From: Callorhinchus milii | Taxonomy: Eukaryota | DNA: 64,000 bases | Assembly: GCF_018977255.1 (NCBI RefSeq) | Contig: NW_024704743.1 | Coordinates: 20,772,001 to 20,836,000 of the forward strand | Direction: 5' to 3' | Shown here: positions 1 through 12,861 of the stretch, in pieces | How the letters are laid out: the number at the start of each line of letters is the position of its first letter | How positions within the stretch are numbered: the first letter of the stretch is position 1 | Translations under genes and position numbers: made by a program | The notes under the pieces: model-generated | What the model saw: the letters and a program-made list of their open reading frames with translations, nothing else | What the model was told of the DNA's origin: nothing | Database searches by the model: none

Positions 1-915
1 GAAGCAGGGCGATCAAAAGCATGGTCGAAGAGGAGGGTCTTGAGATGGGTCTTGAAGGAGGCAAGGGATGGAGGGTCTGCGGGATGGAGTTACAGAGTTA
101 CAGAAGGTCAATAGTGGGGCAAGCGAGGCGGGGGACATGAAGCAGGCTGCTGAGTGGATGGAGAGAGCAGGATGGTAGGGGTTTAGGAGGTCGCAGAGGT
201 ATGGGGGAGCAAACCATGCAGGGCTTTGAAGGTGAGGACCAGGATCTTGAACTGTATCCTCTGTGTAATGGGAAACCAGTGGAATCAGGCGGGGAGATAG
301 GGTCACGGAGCCTGGTGCAGGAGAGGACACAGGCTGCAGAGTTCTGAATGATCTGCAGCCAATAGAGGGAGGAGTTGGGGAGGCCGACAAGCAGGGAGTT
401 TGCATAGTCAAGCCTTGTTGTAATGAAAGCGTGTTTTAGGGTTTTGGCAACCTGCGGTGTGAGACAGTGGCGGAGCGAGCAATGTTGCGGAGGTGGGGGA
501 AGGCAGAGCGGGTCATGGCACAGATGTGGGGCAGAAAGGATAGTTGAAGTTCAAACAAGACTCCAAGGTTCCGGATTGGCTTAGTAAGGTGGAGTGTGCA
601 AACATGGACGGTAATGCTGTCAGTACCTGAGGTGTGGAGGCGCTGATGGGAGTCAATCAGGAAGGCCTCAGTCTTGTTGATGTTCAACTGAAGAAAGTTA
701 CCTCTCATCCAGGATTTGATGTCTGATAGATGTTCTGTCAGGACAGCAGTGGTCCTGGAGTCAAGGGTGGAGGCAGAGAGGTACAGTTGTGTGTCATCCG
801 CATACATGTGCAAGTTGATCTTATGTCTGCGGATGATGTCACCAAGAGGGAGCCTGTAGATATTGAAGGGGAGGGGACCAAGGACAGAGCCCTGAGGAAC
901 GCCTCTTGAGATGGT
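1..915 (-). mobile_element. L2-clade LINE fragment (RT region, degenerate)
   Basis: ORF 436-975(-) contains GVPQGSVLGP and LHMYADDTQLYLS RT motifs, followed by L2-type C-terminal sequence with frameshifts. Confidence 0.9.
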
Positions 916-1005
916 GCAGGGGTTAGAGGAGAAACTGCTTGTGGGCATGAAGTGGGGGTGGTATAAGAGGTACACTTTGAACCAGTCAAGGACAGAGCCG
1001 TGAAA

Positions 1006-1246
1006 GGAAGGATGTCAAGGCATTGGAGAAAGTGCAAAGGAGATTTACCAGGATGGTACCAGGAATGAGGGACTTCAGTTATCAGGAGAGGCTAGAGAAG
1101 CTAGGATTATTCTCCTTGGAGCAGAGAAGGTTAAGAGGAGACTTAATAAAAGTCTTCAAAATTATGAGGGGATTCGTTAGGCTGAAAAAGGAGAAACTAT
1201 TCCACTGGTGGGTGGGTTGGTAATCCGAGGATACCGATTTAATATA
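1006..1246 (+). mobile_element. CR1 LINE 3' ORF2 fragment (left part of an interrupted copy)
   Basis: LEKVQRRFTRMVPGMRDFSYQERLEKLGLFSLEQRRLRGDLIKVFKIM is the typical CR1 ORF2 C-terminus. Confidence 0.9.
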
Positions 1247-2325
1247 GTTGTTAAAAAAAAATTACATTTATAGAGCGCCTTTCACGTCGGGAGGAATTCC
1301 CAAAGCGCTGAACGGTCAGATGTCGGGGCCCGAGCATGGGGAGGGGTGGTGTAAGGGTGACGGAAGGCAAAGAGGTGGGAGGGAGACCGAAGGTATGGTC
1401 AAAGAGAAGGGTCTTGAGACCAGCCTTGAAGAATGGAAGGGAGGAAGCGAGGTGAAGGAACTATGAGATGGAGTTGCAGAGTGTGGGGGCAGAGAAGCTG
1501 AAATCCCGGCCACCGATGGTAGGGCGGGTCGGGCAGGAGACATGGAGCAGGCCGGAGCCTGATGAACGGTGGGAGCGGGCAGGTTGGTAGGGAGTCAGCA
1601 GGTCAGAGAGGTAGGAGGGGGCAAGACCATGGATGGCCTTAAAGGTGAGGACGAGGATCTTGAACTCGATCCTCTGGGGGATGGGGAGCCAGTGGAGTCG
1701 GGTGAGGGTGGGAGTGATGGGGTCGTGGAGTCTGGTGCGTGAGAGTACACGAGCTGCAGAGTTTTGGATGATCTGCAGCTTGTGAAGAGAAGAATTGGGA
1801 AGGCCGATGAGGAAGGAGTTCCCGTAATCAAGCCTCGAGGTGATAAATGCATTGGTGAGGGTTTCGGCAGCCTGAGGGGTGAGGCAGTGGCAGAGTCTGG
1901 CAATGTTGCAGAGGTGGTGGTAGGTAGTGCCGGTCATGGCGCGGATGTGGGGGAGAAAGGACAGTTCAGGGTCAAACAAGAACCCAGGTTCCTGACTGGC
2001 TTAGTGAGGTTGAGTGTGCAGCCGTGGAGGCTGATGCTGCCAGCACCTAAGGTGCGGAAGCGCTGGCGCGAGCCAATCAGAAGGGCCTCGGTCTTGCGAC
2101 GTTGAGTTGGAGAAAGTTGGCCCTTGTCCAGGACTTGATATCGGACAGGCAGTCGGTCAGGACCTCAGTAGTCCTGGAGTTCAGGATGGAGGCAGAGAGG
2201 TAGATTTGGGTTTCAGCTGCATACATGTGGAAATTTACCCCATGTCTGCAGATGACGTCACCAAGGGGGAGCATGTAGAGGGTGAAGAGGAGGGGACCGA
2301 AGACAGAGCCCTGAGGTACACCGCA
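1247..2325 (-). mobile_element. 5'-truncated L2 LINE with 3' tail, inserted within a CR1
   Basis: ORFs with [12 protein letters not shown] and SRLDYGNSFLIGLP...KLQIIQNSAARVL...LHWLPIPQRIEFKILVLTFKAIHGLAPSYL; 3' tail at ~1250-1315. Confidence 0.9.
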
Positions 2326-2329
2326 CGAG

Positions 2330-2581
2330 ACAGAGGGAAGGTGAGGAAAAAATTTTCACACATCAAGTTTGGATCTGGAATGCATTGCCTGAAAGGGTGG
2401 TGGAAGCCGATTCGATAACAACTTTTAGGAGAGAAGTAGATAATTATTTGGGTAGGACAAGTTTGCAAGCTATGGGGAGAGCGCAGGGGAGTGGGATTGA
2501 TTTGGATAGCTCTTTTCAAAGAGCCAGCACAGACACGATGGGCCGAATGGCCTCCTTCTGTGCCTTATAATTCTATGATTC
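2330..2581 (+). mobile_element. CR1 LINE 3' end (right part of the interrupted copy)
   Basis: WNALPERVVEADSITTFRREVDNYL followed by a CR1-type 3' UTR (atgggccgaatggcctccttctgtg...ctatgattc). Confidence 0.85.
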
Positions 2582-2599
2582 ACGTTGGAAAGACATCCC

Positions 2600-2910
2600 A
2601 GGGTGCAGGGAGTTAGGGTCAAGAGGGGTGCAGGGCAGGGTCGATTGGGGTGGGGCTGGGAGGGTGGCCAAAGGCACGGTAAAGAGGAAAGCCATTAGAT
2701 GGGACTTGAAGGAGGCAAGACAGGGAGTGAGGTGGTTGGATTGAGTTCCACAGTTTGGGGGCAGAGATGCTGAATGCCTGACTGCCAATGGTGGGGCAGG
2801 AAGTGTGGGGGAACTGAAGCAGGCTGAGCGGAGGGAGCGGACAGGCTGATATGGGGTTAGGATGTTGGAGGTGGGGGGAGGGGGGCACCGTGGAAGGTTT
2901 TGAAGATGAA
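2600..2910 (-). mobile_element. L2 3' fragment
   Basis: PTIGSQAFSISAPKLWNSI translation, same family as the other L2 copies. Confidence 0.75.
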
Positions 2911-3639
2911 ACTGACCACTTGGAGAATTGCAGTTGTGAGCATGCTCTCCTCTACACGATAGAACAGAGAGATGTTGGAGCCCACTTTAACTTCATGCTT
3001 TAATCACCTCTTACCCAGTTTCCAGGTTGATGCGATTGACGTTTTTCAGCGTGTTGATACAGCAACTCCAGTTTGGCTCCAGTTTGAGATTGTTCTGATT
3101 GCTATCATGCGAAGCCACCTCGAGGAGATAGTTTCACACCACTCGGATTCAAGCTCTTGCGCATCTACATTCGGCCCATAGAAGTCTTTTTTAAACTTCA
3201 AAATAATGATTAGCCAGACCACCATTGCCAGGTTTATTTGTTGGCAGGGAGTCTGACGGAGGCTCAACTGAACTGTGGTGAGCAGACTTCTCCACAAACG
3301 TTCAGGTGCGTGTGCACTGAACTCTGTGAGAGCTTTAAGCCAATATCTACAGGTTAACTGGCAAGTCAGGCTACCTACACCCATGAATGTAGCTCTTCAG
3401 CCATCAGCAGCCAAACGATGAGTTTTTCTGTTGTTAGAAGGTATCTGGTATTCCGTTTAGTACCTCTCTCAGGCTGAGATTAGGAATTAAGTACAGCAGA
3501 GGGAGTGAAACTGCTGTTCTGTACTCAGAGTTGTATATTGGCATTTCTTTTGTGCACAAGTCTAGTTATTGGGGGAAATAGAGGAAAGCAAGTGATAAGA
3601 GGTCATAATATGGAAAGAAGAAAAAAGTTTCTCTTAAAC

Positions 3640-4003
3640 ACTTATCGATTTCAAGATCCTCACACTTGTCTTCAAATCCCTTCATGCCAGGGTACCTCTC
3701 TTCCTCTCCGACTTGCTTCACCACAACCCACTACCCTTTGCCTCCACTCACTTGCTTCGGCTTCCTGCTTGTCCTCGTGCCCACCGTTCCAGCATCGGTG
3801 GCTGTGCTTTCAGTTACTAATTCCTGAAACTATGGAACACTCTCCCTCAATCCCTCCGCCTTGCCCCATCCTTCCCCATCTTCAGGTCGCTCCTGAAGAC
3901 CTTCATCTTTGACCATGCCTACGGTTACTTCCTCCCACTGTCTAGCGCTTTGGGATGCTACTCTACGTGAACTGCGCTATATAAATACAAGTTGTTGTTG
4001 TTA
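3640..4003 (+). mobile_element. L2 3' end fragment with (TTG)n tail
   Basis: ttcaagatcctcacacttgtcttcaaatcccttcatg... then tail agcgctttgggatgctactctacgtgaactgcgctatataaatacaagttgttgttg. Confidence 0.75.
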
Positions 4004-4082
4004 TCCAAATAGTCCTGTGGAAACTATGTTTCTCGTCTTAGACTCGACTATGGGGGTGACATATTTGTTTTGAATCTATCTG

Positions 4083-4858
4083 TACAGGTGAAGCCTATTA
4101 AGCCGGACACATTGGAGACGGCTGTTTTGTCCGGCTTAGGAGGTATCAGAGGTTAGCTGAAATACCATTGCCGCCCAGCAGAGGAGCTGCGCTGACGATG
4201 CTCTATAATAATATGTAATAATGCTGCTTCACTTGAAGCAATGTTAAGTAACAAAGTTTCACTTGAAGCAAAGTTTCACTTGAAGCAAAGTTAAAATACT
4301 CTCATACAATTCAGTAAATTAATCTACCTTGGTCTGGCTGCAAATGACAGTCCAGTACTGTTCCCCCCACCCAGCAGAGGAGTGGGGGTGTGCTTCCTCC
4401 TTCCCATTGCTGTTCCCAAGGGACGGGAAGGGCACCAATTAGCAGTGGCTCCAAGGTGATTGACAACCCGAAACCGCTTGTTAATGGTTGGGCTCCAGCC
4501 ATTCATAAGCAGCTCAGCTGTCAATCAATTGTGATATTCCCTTCCTTGTTCTGCCCTGTTCCTCCGCCCCCTCACTGATTGACAGCCCAACTCCAGCCGC
4601 TTGCGAATGGTTGGAGTCTGCTGTCAATCGCAATTTGACTCCTCCCATCTACACCCGGGAGCCTGTTGTGGTTGAGTGGAGGAGCTCGACACCACAGAAG
4701 CTCGAATGAGTAAACGCAGAGGCAACCAGCGTGGCTTTGTAACGGTGTAACCGGATCTTTGTCTGAATCAACCGGGATATTTAAAATAATCCAAATGAAT
4801 CCGGGCTGGAGATTTTGTTTGATTTACCCAATGTTCGGCAAAAGTGGATTCCACTGTA
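4083..4858. mobile_element. Possible degraded Tc1/mariner (pogo/Tigger-like) non-autonomous element
   Basis: Ends TA-CAGGTGAAGCC... and ...GGATTCCACTG-TA are imperfect inverted repeats bounded by TA; internal short palindromes. Confidence 0.35.
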
Positions 4859-4989
4859 TTTGCCGTTATCACTACCAGTGCAATAAAACCATACATATAT
4901 ATATATATCATTGTGTATCTACTTTGAGAATGTGCATTTGGAATAGATTTCTTTCCATTGTAAATGCAGATCATCAAAGTTGTTCAATA

Positions 4990-6130
4990 TAGATGAATGC
5001 ATACAATTCTGGTCAGCGTGACATAAGGGGATTGCCCTGGCACTGGAGAGAATGCAGCTGACACAAAGTTAGGAGGCACAGTAAACTGTGTTGATGGAAA
5101 CAGGAAGTTACAAAGGATCCAAAAATGACAAAACTGAATATTTTCAAAACAGTGAGGAACTAAGAACTGTGGAAGAACAAAGGGATTTGGGTGTCCACAT
5201 ACAATAATCACTAAAAACAAGCTCACAGTTACAAAAGATTATCAAAGTATGGAGCATTGGTCAGATCCCATCTGGAGAACTGCATTCAATTTTGGACACA
5301 GTATCTCAGGAAGGATATACTGGCTCTGGAGGAGGTGCAGTGCAGATTCCAGGGTTAAAAGGGTTAAAATTATTAAATTAAATTAAAATTTTACATAAAA
5401 ATTATGAGGACAGGTTGCATAAACTTGACTTTAGAAGGTTGAAGGGTGGTCTAATTGAGGTTTTTGAAATAATAAAGGGATTCGACTGGATAGCTACAGA
5501 GAAACTATTTCCTCTGGTGGGGAGGATCCAGAACAAGGGGGAACAGTCTTAAAATTAGAACTGGGCCATTTAGGAGTGAAATCAGAAAGCATTTTTTCAC
5601 ACAATGAGCAGTGGAAATCTAGAACTCTCTCCCCTAAAAGGCTGTGGATGCTGGATCCATTCAAATCTTCCAAGACTGAAGTGGATAGATTTTTGTTAGG
5701 TGAGGGTATCAAGGCAAATGATTGGAGTTGAGGTACAGATAAGCCATGATCTAACAGAGTGATGGAAAAGACTTGAGGGGTTGAATGGCCTCCTTCTGTT
5801 CCTATGTGCCTACTGCGGAGGAGAGCAATGGGGATGATCCCCAGTTTTAGAGGAATGAACTATGAGTAATGATTAAACAAGCAAGGGCTTTTCAGTCTTT
5901 AAAGTAGATGTCTCAGAGGGGACTTTATCGAGTTATATGCATTTTTTAATGAGTTTGAGAAAGTAAACTTATTAAAAACACTGTAGAATATGAGGATTGA
6001 GGTTTAGAATTGCAAAGGGTAATTTCAGGACAGACACCAGGAAGTATTTCTTTATCCATAGAATAGTAAACAATTGGAACAAGCTGTCAGAAAGGATGGT
6101 TGAGGCCAAGACACTTGATGAGGTGATGGG
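4990..6130 (+). mobile_element. Two degraded CR1 LINE fragments in tandem
   Basis: Degenerate FADDTKLGG-like segment (~5055) and CR1 3' UTR near 5780-5810; second copy encodes GNFRTDTRKYFFIHRIVNNWNKL. Confidence 0.8.
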
Positions 6131-6131
6131 A

Positions 6132-6349
6132 ACGCCTAATAATAATCCCTCCAAAACCAAAAACAATAATAAATTGGTCATTTTCAATCTACGACTGTTT
6201 GTGGGACATTACTGTGCGCAATTGGCTGCCGCGTTCGCCCACATATATACAGTCAATTCACTTTACAGTGTGTTCTGTGAAGCGCTTTGGAACGTCCTCT
6301 TGACGTGAACAGCGCTATATCAAATGCAAGGATTATTATTATTATTATT
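6132..6349 (+). mobile_element. tRNA-derived SINE, 3' half (short subfamily)
   Basis: Nearly identical to the body and tail of the full copy at 23392-23712; ends in (TTA)n. Confidence 0.85.
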
Positions 6350-8784
6350 AAAGTGCCAGGGTAAGTATTCTGCAATAATGAGATCAAATAGGCCAAAGCT
6401 ATTTCTTCATCCAAACCAACTTGACTGTAATTTTGTGGGCGAAACGTGACAGACAATTGTACACAGCAGTGTCTCACAAACAGTCAAGAATTAAGTGACC
6501 AAATTATTATTTTTTGAACCAGCAAGGCAAAGTAGAGAGAATTGATACAAGTATGTACGGGGTTAGAAAGAGAGACAGAATCAGACAATTAAAGAGAAAG
6601 GAAGAGATTCACCCTGTGGTGGAGAAGAAAGGGTTTGCATTGTGTGCAGAAGTGTGAGAAAAAAGTGAGGGACAAAGCTGACACTGGGTAGGTGGTAGAA
6701 TTCCTGATGGAAAAAGGTTTAGGTTGGTACTGTACATTGTAATCTGTAATGACTTCATAACCACACTGTTCTCATATCCACAATATTGGTGAGTCCTAAT
6801 AAATGCAGATATTGGTTGTCGCTCTTAACATTTGTCTAATGTGCTCACCTTTTTTTTATCTTTATTAATGTAGTGTGATGCACATTTGGGCCACGTGTTT
6901 GATGATGGACCAGAACCTACAGGGCAAAGGTTTTGCATCAACAGTGTTGCATTAACTTTCAAACCCACTTCTTCCCAGTGATTTGCATCTTAACATAAAA
7001 GTAACAGCATGTTGTGCAACAGTTTGTTACCTAACATGTATACAGTATGTTTTTAAAGCTTGACTGAGTTCCCAAAACAACGGTAGTGCCATATGTCAGT
7101 CATTGCATGCTTTCATATTAGCTTCTTTTGTGTTATTTGTTAGCTGAAAATACTGTATTGTGCATTAACAGAACGAGCAAGTTGTACTTTCTAAACAATG
7201 TTTGCGCAAAGATACTGGAAGTTTAAAGTTTAAGTAAAGTTCATATTTCTCTTATATTTGATGTGACCTGCTCAACCATGTAATTTTGTAACAGATGAAT
7301 ATTAAATTAATATCTAAGTGATTTATTCTTTTACAAAAATAATTATAAAGTCAGGTATATTGAAACAAAATCATATTACATTTCTGATGCGCTATTCCCC
7401 CATCCAAACACAACTACGTTTTAAAAGTTCTGTAGTTGATTACTCTGGTGAGATTTGCCAAAATAGCATTTTTGTAGGTAGTTCAAAAAGCCAACAAGAC
7501 ATAGATTTAATTTGGTCACATGTGAATTCAGACAACTATGTTTTCCTGTTTCAGTTGAGAATCATGTGCATCAGGAGGAAAAGACTTTTCATCTATTTTT
7601 GTTTGATGTACTGAAGTCAGACTTCAATTCTGTGTCTTATATTGTGAATACATATGTGTAATTTAAAATACTTAGTTGTGACATGAATGTACATACTGTA
7701 TCTCTTTCTCTACTCTGTTTGTGTTGTACAACGCATTAAAATTAGTGTTTCCTTTGAATTGCTGTGAATGGGTTTCCTTCCTTTTGCTAATGTCTTTCAT
7801 GTCCTGGCCAACAATCTCCCCAAATAAACTCACTCACTCACTCCATGGTTGTTTGTGGGACATTGCTTTGTGCAACTGTCTGCCGTGTTTTGTCCACAAA
7901 ATACACAGTCAATCCACTTTACTGTATATCCTGTGAAGCGCTTTGAGACATCTCAACGACTTGATCAGGCACAAAATCAGATGCAAGGATTATTATGATT
8001 TGAACCTTTTATCGGGGTATAAAATGTTGCATATTGCTTTATGGCTAAATTGGCAATTGAGAATGAGAAGCAAGCAGGAAACATAAAAGGATTCTGGAAA
8101 AGGGACTGGATTATTAGCCTAGCGTTAGCAGTTTCGGAGCTTGAACCGTCTGTCAAATTCCACATCAGTCTGACCCAGATGTGAAAGTATCAGGTTATGC
8201 TTAACCTTCCCTACCATGTGGGAGGTAAAAGAAAGTCACATTTTGTAGGATTTTCCATGTTGCTAGATGTTTCTATCCATGCTTTAAACTGAAGTACTAG
8301 ATTAGGCAGGGTCAATATTTACTCATGGGTCTCATGACCCAACTGTGCAGCGCCTTGGGACGTCCTCCTGACGTGAAAGGCGCTTTATAAATGGAATCTT
8401 GTTGTTGTTGTTGTTGTTTGTAACTCCGCTTATCCTTGCCACCTTCCTATTCCCAATAGAGTGTATACTGAAAATGTAGGCATTTGGTTGCCTACAAAAC
8501 TGAAATGGATTCGGCCCGTTAGCATTCTCAGTGCTGACATCTATGGAGCAGAGGCACACATTTGGCCTCTGGGTTTCAGATCATGGCTTCCGAGTGCCAG
8601 TAAACAGGAGCACAGTGTTTTACTAAACCCAAATAAAGCCACTGTCCTTTTCCTGGCAATCAAATCCAGAAACTGGGGAATTGAATGCTTAACTCGGCTT
8701 CACAAATGTTGGTACTGCGAATGATTTCAGCAAGTTGTCCTCCAATATCCGGTAATTCCTAATCAATATATCCTAAATTTATCC

Positions 8785-9411
8785 AACAACAGCAACTTGC
8801 ATTTATATAGCGTCCTCCATGCTGGGCTATGTTCCAGAGTGCTTACCAATGGTGCAGCCCGATGCAGAGCTAGGGAGAGGGGGAAGTTGACCATAGGCAC
8901 AGTGATGAGTAAGATCTTCAGGCTCACCTGAAAATGGGGAAAGAGGGGGCAAGGCGAAGGGATTTAGGGAGGGAATTCCATAGCTTTGGGGAGCAGCGGG
9001 TAGTGCTGTAAGGAGAGAGAAGGTTGGCAAGATAGGGGAGTGCCAAGGTGTGAAGTGATTTAAACACAAGAGTGAGGATCTTGAAGTCGATCCGTTCTGT
9101 GACAGGGAGCCAATGGAGGTTGGCAAGGAATGGGGTAATTGGGGTGTGAAGTTTAGTGTGGGTGAGAATGTGGGCGGCAGAGTTTTGGATGAATTGAATA
9201 TTGTGAGTAGTGGAGGAGGGGAGACCGGAGAGGAGGGCATTTGAGTAGTCCAGCCGAGAGGTGACAAATGCATGGATAAGGGTTTCGGCAGCTTGTGCAG
9301 TGAGGTATTGTTGGAGAAAGGCAATGTGCGGAGGTAGAGGAAAGCGATTCTGGCCAGGGAATGGATGTGGGGGAGGAACTGGGGATAGAACCAGATGCCT
9401 AAGTTGCGCAT
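8785..9411 (-). mobile_element. L2 3' fragment with tail
   Basis: L2 ORF2 C-terminal remnants (MRNLGIWF...) and the reverse-complement tail caacaacagcaacttgcatttatatagcg. Confidence 0.8.
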
Positions 9412-10279
9412 GGATTCAGAGAGTTTTAAGGACAGATCGGGTATATTGAGCCTGATACACTATATATAACCATGCTTCATATAAGGCCAAATTGGTCTAC
9501 ATGACATAATATATTTCCATAGCTGGAGTTAAAGATTCATTATATATTACAAAGTTCCATAGGGCCAAAGACTACTATTTGGTCTTAGGACATTCATTGA
9601 ACCATTCATTGACACTGTAGGAGCTGGGACTCCACATCTAATACAACAGCTAAAGTTTTGGAAACCATCTGAGATAAATGAACATTTAAGAATATTTTCC
9701 CTGCACCTTGTCAAAGAACATAGGAATGTAAGATATCATCTATTTTGATGTCACAATGTTTTGGTTGTCAGGCGGAAATAACGGCATGGCATTAAATGGC
9801 TTCAACTAAACATTGCTCACTGTAACTGAGGCAGAGCAGCAAATTTGAGTGACACATTAATACATACTTGACAAAGTCTCTGTAGTCTCTACAGCATGTA
9901 GCAATCATGTGCCTCTGGTATTTTTTTTCACATTGTATAATATGGCGTATAATAGTTCTCTATTTGCTTTATCTAATAGTTAACTATAATTGCACTGTAT
10001 TTCTGTAACTCAACCAATATTGGGAAGCTCGTTGATAAGTAACCCTTTGGGTAAGACTTGCACCAACTTGCAGGTTGCAATTAACTCTTAACATATGCTT
10101 GCCTATTCCTGTTTCTCATTCGTAGATAATTGGTAGGAGCTTCTCAAAACTGAAATTGATTCACCACATGTCCATGGATCGATGGTCCACTGCGGTCCTG
10201 GATCACAACAGAGATACCAGTGGGTTATAAACAATGGAGGCATTAATTGTGACTGAATTCTGAAATGTGTAATATTAAT

Positions 10280-10530
10280 AATAATTGCATTTCGTATAAC
10301 GCCTGTATAGTGCCCCTCATTGAGAGTAGCATCCCAGAGCGCTTCACGTAAGGAGGACACACCAATGTCCCAAAACAGCCATGGAGTGAGTGACCAATTT
10401 TATTTGGGAGATTTGTTGGCCAAGTAATTGGGAGAAACTCCCTTCTCTTTTCAAAAAGTGCCATTGAATGTCCACCTAAACAGGCAGAGAGGACCTCAAT
10501 TTAATGTTTGACCTGAAGGACAGCACAGTG
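10280..10530 (-). mobile_element. Older Deu-domain-type SINE fragment (SacSINE1/AmnSINE-like)
   Basis: Contains ggagaaactcccttctcttttcaaaaagtgccat...ccacctaaacaggcagagaggacctcaatttaatg, resembling the DeuSINE core. Similar copies at ~16100-16290, 48760-48940, 50040-50290, 57400-57620, 57850-58180 and 63660-63900. Confidence 0.6.
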
Positions 10531-10904
10531 CTGTTGCGCAATAAATATTAAACAACAATCATTCATCGAGTTATACCGCAATATTAACTAATATATCAAT
10601 GTTCCTATCTTTTTTTATGAGCCTTCACTAGCATTTATAAAATAACCTCGGCACACAGTATATCATGGGCCTATTCTCTTGGTTGCATTTTTAATCGATA
10701 TAATCCAATTACTGAGGAGGCACTTACCGTTGAGACTGATTTTTTTCTTAAATTTCATCAACTGGGTTAGAAGCTAACATGTTAAGGAGGTGTTTGGATA
10801 ATAAGACTGTTTTCCAGAATTTGGTTATACTCAGTCTTTCTCAGGAGTGGTGCGACTGAAATTCACCAGAAATAGGCCAATGCATGGCAAGCTCTTTGTG
10901 GGTT

Positions 10905-11282
10905 GTGAAATCCTGTAACATATTGGTTAGGGCACTCTCCTTGCAAGCGAGAAAATCTAGGTTCGAATCCCGGGCAGGACAAAATGTTAGGCAAGTTTCC
11001 TTATTCCACACGTCTGTTTACTTAGCAGTAAGTAGAAACCCGGGTGGTAGTCAATTGGCAGATCGCTTTTCTGGGGATAATAACCCCTTAAAAAGAAAAT
11101 AATAATAATAATTTGGTCACTTCAATCCACGACTGTGTGGGACACTACTGTGCGCAATTGACTGCTGTGTTTCGCCCACAAGATATACAGTCAATTCACT
11201 TTACAGTATATTCTGTGAAGCGCTTTGAGACGTCTCGAAGATGTGATAAGGCACTATATCAAATGCAAAGATTATTATTACT
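10905..11282 (+). mobile_element. tRNA-derived SINE, long subfamily, full length
   Basis: tRNA-like head with B box GGTTCGAATCC, internal ctgtttacttagcagtaagtag block, conserved body, (TTA)n tail. Confidence 0.85.
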
Positions 11283-12542
11283 ATTGTAAGGCGGGATCAC
11301 AATCCTCGGTTTAGAGGTAGAATGTGAATGATCTCTGGAGATTGAGAACACTGTCAAACAATCTAAGTTGAAATCTTTCTCAGCTCCGCATCCTAGGGAG
11401 ACTGTTTAGAAAAGGCAGGTAATGAGATTATCAGCATGGCAAGAGTGACTTATTATCATTATTACAATAAAAGATATGATAGGAATCTGGGGACAGGGAA
11501 TCAAATCTTCCAAAAAGCAAATACAATAAAATAATAACTCAGCAAATAATAAATAATAACGAGATGAGGCTCTCAATGATATGTGTTTTTTGAGAACACA
11601 AGCCTAGGCTCATTGGAAGCAGAGATTTTATTTGTGCTGCGTTGCTATAGAGACTGGTAATCCAACACTTTAGCAGCCGATTCAAGTGAGTTGGAGTCTT
11701 TGTACCTCCCCTCATTATTGCTGAGGTGAAATGATGTACATAACCTCATCGGGAAATTTATTTTGAAACTATTTGAGCTTTCTTTGTATTTCACTCTTCA
11801 CGGTCAATTCAACCCTCCAGAATGCCAGCCTTAGTTTGACAGTTCATTTTTTTAAAAAAAAAGCAACATGTATAGCACTGTTTCTGCCTCTTTATCGGGT
11901 ACCGAGATCCCCATTCCACACCCATTTAAAATTATCCTTTCGACCTTGCCTGTGAAGCTAATCAGTGTGCTGTACAGCACTATATTCCATCGATTTCAAG
12001 AGACCATCTGTCCACAATAACCACTTAACTCCAGCCCGAACAATAAGGTGTTTACACTTGAAAGTTTGTTTGGAGACCACCTGCCTAAAGACCACTTAAA
12101 ACCATTCCCAGGGTTTATCCTTATGGGTTTACTTCATTGGGAAGTATCTATACACAGATCTTATTTTTGTCAGACTCCGCCACTGTGAAGTGCTCTGGGA
12201 CGCTACCACATGTAAAGGGTGCTATATAAATGCAAGTGGTTGTTGTTTTGCAGGGCTAATAGTGTTACACATTGCCTTAATCAGGAAATCTAAGTCATGG
12301 TGACAAAACGAATGCAGATCATCAACACAAGCAACAAAATGCTTCAATATTATTCACTAAATTCAAATAACATATATCTAGTCCCACATTAACAATTTCA
12401 GGCATTAGCAGTCCATCCAGCATCCCCACTCAGTTTCTAGTTATTACTTTGTATCTCAAAATCCAATCATTTTAGGTAAAGGACTTACAAATTATGTACA
12501 TTGCATACGTATTAATATAGTTATTATGGTCCATGTTAGCTT

Positions 12543-12861
12543 ATAATAATAATAATAATCCTTGCATTTGATATAGCGCTTTTCACGTCGGGAGGACGTC
12601 CCAAAGCGCTTCACAGAATATACTGTAAAGTGAATTGACTGTATATTTGTGGGCGAACGCGGCAGCCAATTGCGCACAGCAATGTCCCACAAACAGTCGT
12701 AGATTGAAAATGACCAATTTATTATTGGTTTTGGTTTTGGAGGGATTATTATTAGGCGTGTGGAATAAGGAAACTTGCCCAAGATTTCGCCCTGCCTGGA
12801 ATTGAACTTAGGTCTCTCGCTTGCAAAGCGAGTGCTCTAACCACTGAGCTACAGGACTCCA
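12543..12861 (-). mobile_element. tRNA(Ala)-like SINE, short subfamily, full length
   Basis: Reverse complement starts TGGAGTCCTGTAGCTCAGTGGTTAGAGCACTCGCTTTGCAAGCG (A box, TGC anticodon-like loop) and ends in (TTA)n. Confidence 0.9.

Noticed and set aside
3046..3384. 112-aa minus-strand ORF in unique sequence
   Set aside because: No recognisable family; kept only as part of the candidate non-coding exon.
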